A model generated the notes under the pieces. That model was not told the DNA's origin, ran no database searches, and worked only from the letters and a program-made list of their open reading frames with translations. From contig NC_043005.1 in NCBI RefSeq assembly GCF_006345805.1, forward strand, positions 62,000,001-62,064,000: DNA of 64,000 nt. Reading direction: 5' to 3'. This stretch comes from Octopus sinensis. Lineage: Eukaryota. This document shows, piece by piece, positions 61,220 to 64,000 of this stretch. A program made the translations under genes and the position numbers. Every line of letters begins with the position of its first letter. Position 1 is the first letter of the stretch.

Positions 61220-63010
61220 ATAGTAGATTTTTACTCATCTATATCAAAGGAGCTCTTGTTAAGGCACTGGAATTCACCAAGGCCCACACTGAAGTCAGTG
61301 ATGAAGACATATGCATTATCATGCATGCCAGAAGAACCCTACTCTTCAGTAAGGGGTCAGACTGGGCCCAACACACTGAACCAGAGGGTGTCTTTGACGT
61401 GGTAATGGGTGCATTCAACAGTGCTGACATATGTGACCTAGTCGGTCTCTTCATCCTAGATACACTTAAAAAGAAATTCCCTTCAACTAACTTTGGCCTC
61501 TACAGACATGACGTGCTGGCAATATCAAGAGGGGTCAATGGCCACATGCTAGATAGGCTCAGAAAGGACCTCACAGGCATGGTGAACTCCTTTGGACTGA
61601 AGGTCATGATAGAAACCAACCTGAAAATGGTAGATTTCCTTGATGTGACCCTTGACCTGGAATCTGCCACCCCGTGCTACAACTGGGCTCTGGCTGCAAG
61701 TGGTTTCAAGGATAGCATTAGTTACATGCCAGACCCTAGCCCCATCAAGAGAAAGCACTGCTGGAAAGTGCTGTGGTTCATGCTGCTCTTCTCTTTAAAC
61801 ATTAAGACCATTGTAGGTAAGATTTTCCTTAGTTTAGTTGATAGGCACTTCCTCTGTATGCCCTGAGACTTTTCTTTGGCTGTGCATCTAATGTAAAAAA
61901 CATTTTAGTAGGTAGGCCTGCACCCAAGGCAGAGGCAGGATGCTCAAGCAGGGGTAGCACAACTTGTCTGCTGAACAGCTGCTGCAACATGGAGACAGTA
62001 GTATATGAGGCAGAGGTAACAGCCACAGGACCAAATGGACAATTGGGCTTGCAGAAGTATATGGGGGCAATGGAAAGCCTCTTCAGAACCTGCTTTAACA
62101 ACCACAAGTCCTCTTGCAACATCCCAGAGAGACGTAATGCCAGAACTCTAGTCCAGCACATTTGGTCTTTGAAAGAAAGTGTCACAAAGTACAGCATAAA
62201 GTGGAAGATCCTGGAAAAAATGCAAGCCATACTTCAATAGCAGCAGGAAGTGCAGGTTATGCATGGCTGAAAAGAGAGCAATATTAAAGTGTATCCAATG
62301 CCTGGATGTTTACCTGAAAAGCAGGAGTGAGGCATTTAATCCCTGCCCATATGAAAGGAAGTACATCTTATTGTACCTGCATGCCCCACCATGACAGCAA
62401 CAACAGATCCCTTTGACCTTCCACAAATGCCCTCAAATCCGGCAAAGAGTTTGACTAAAGCACACAATGCACCCATACACACGCACACCCCTATTAGGCA
62501 GACACTGCGCACTATAGACTGTCTCCCATCACCCCCAGCATATACCCCTTTCACACACATTGTTCTCTCACACACTGAGATACCCCCCCCCATCACACGA
62601 CCTTATCCCTTACAGAAAGAAAACAGACCAACGAACACTCCTATATATATACCCACAACCCCAGAAAAAATTATGCACATGACACCACATCCACATAAGA
62701 GCACCACACTTAATAACACACACCTCCCTGACAAAATGCTTTAAGATAACTCTTAATGGCCTCACAGCATACCCAACCAAAGGGCACAACTCCTAACTTA
62801 ATCCCCTGGCACATTTTCATATCACCACTCATTTTCACTGCAACAGCTGACTGGTTGTGTTAATCCACCTCTGATAATAAAGAGGAGTCACCATATTCCC
62901 TTCCATATCAGCTTACCCTGATGAGTGTAAGGTTATATAGTCAGATTGTTATCAAACACTCCATTGTATTCCTTGCATGAAACTGATTGGTAAGATCAGC
63001 TGTGATGGAT
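61220..63010 (+). mobile_element. Penelope-like retroelement relic (RT + Cys-rich linker + GIY-YIG + 3' repeat)
   Basis: FDVVMGAFNSADICDLVGLFIL, GLYRHDVLA, FLDVTLDL; VVYEAEV...KYMG...HIWSLK...IKWKIL; internal deletion and stops. Confidence 0.88.
62912..62994 (+). ncRNA. Type I hammerhead ribozyme in the Penelope 3' repeat (stem III decayed)
   Basis: CTTACC CTGATGA GTGTAAGG...CCTTGCAT GAAA CTGA TT GGTAAG: 6-bp stem I and 8-bp stem II. Confidence 0.7.
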
Positions 63011-63034
63011 ATATAATACTATATATTTCAGATA

Positions 63035-63372
63035 AGGCACAGGAGTGGCTGTGTGGTAAGTAGCTTGCTTAACAACCACATTGTTCCAGGTTCAGTCCCA
63101 CTGCGTGGCACCTTGGGCAAGTGTCTATAGCTTCAGGCCAACCAAAGCCTTGTGAGTGGATTTGGTTGTTGGAAACTGAAAGATGCCTATCAACATCACT
63201 CGACAACCAATGCTGGTGTGTTTACAACCTCGTAACTTAGCAGTTCAGCAAAATAGACCGATAGAATAAGTACTAGGCTTAGAAAGAATAAGTCCTGGTG
63301 TTGAGATGCTTGACTAAAGGTGGTGCTCCAGCATGGCTGCAGTCAAATGACTGAAATAAATAAAAGAATAAA
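63035..63372 (+). mobile_element. SINE family A lacking the internal microsatellite
   Basis: Head joins the tail module at ~63190 without (TA/TG)n. Confidence 0.82.
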
Positions 63373-64000
63373 ATATATATATATATTTTCACCATCCTCA
63401 TAACTATTTTAAGTTATAATTTTAATGCTTGCATGAATCAGATGAATTTGTCGAGGCAGATTTTCTGTGGTCAGGTATGCTTCTTGGCTGCCAACCATCA
63501 ATTGTTTCCAAGTAAGGTTTTATTTCTCATAGTCATTTGAACAAGGAAAAACTGAATGATCATCAAGGTTTTGTGACTTATTGTAAGCACTGTTTTATGA
63601 ATGTTTATTTCTATCTGTCAGCATGCAGATGTCAAGGCAAGAGAATGATGCATTCATATACATACACATACAGACATGAATGCATGCACACACACACGAA
63701 CTTCCTACAGTTTCTGTCTACCATTTCCACTCACATGATTTCAGTGAATCTAAGTCTATGTTTGAAAGAAACATGTAAAAATAAAGAAGTGAATGATGTT
63801 AAGTGCTGTTTCATTGTTATGAATTTACAAGGAACACTACTGTTCCAGGAAAAGAAATCAAGTTATGTTGACGAGTACTGTTCATTGTAGAAAATTGTGT
63901 GTTCTGAGAGAAGCTAAAAACATATTTGTGGAAGTGGTGATTACTTAAGCGTTAGAGTGAGAGTTCTTTTTACAGTCCAGTATTTTGACAGTCTTAATTA

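Overview
AT-rich, repeat-dense animal genomic DNA. The microsatellite load, the tRNA/CORE-type SINEs, RTE LINEs with (GAT)n tails and mariner relics fit a coleoid cephalopod, most likely Octopus (inference from repeat content, not a database hit). No intact host gene can be established; only weak exon candidates exist. The window holds two decayed D,D34D mariners, one maT-like Tc1/mariner, an RTE LINE with one nonsense codon and a PHD finger in its ORF, many truncated RTE 3' ends, R4-like and HERO-like fragments, Penelope-like (GIY-YIG) relics, several MITE families and at least four SINE families. The most notable observation is a set of hammerhead-ribozyme motifs (5.3, 30.8, 41.65, 49.1, 55.5 and 62.9 kb) in unrelated sequence contexts. 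Two of them follow Penelope-like coding relics and the rest sit in short non-coding elements embedded in (TA)n tracts. Three microsatellite-embedded elements (5.3, 40.7-41.3 and 54.5-55.7 kb) carry a short inverted copy of themselves; the one at 40.7-41.3 kb, where I see no ribozyme core, encloses a copy of DNA from 1.8 kb away. All folds were derived by eye, and coordinates of degenerate repeats are approximate.
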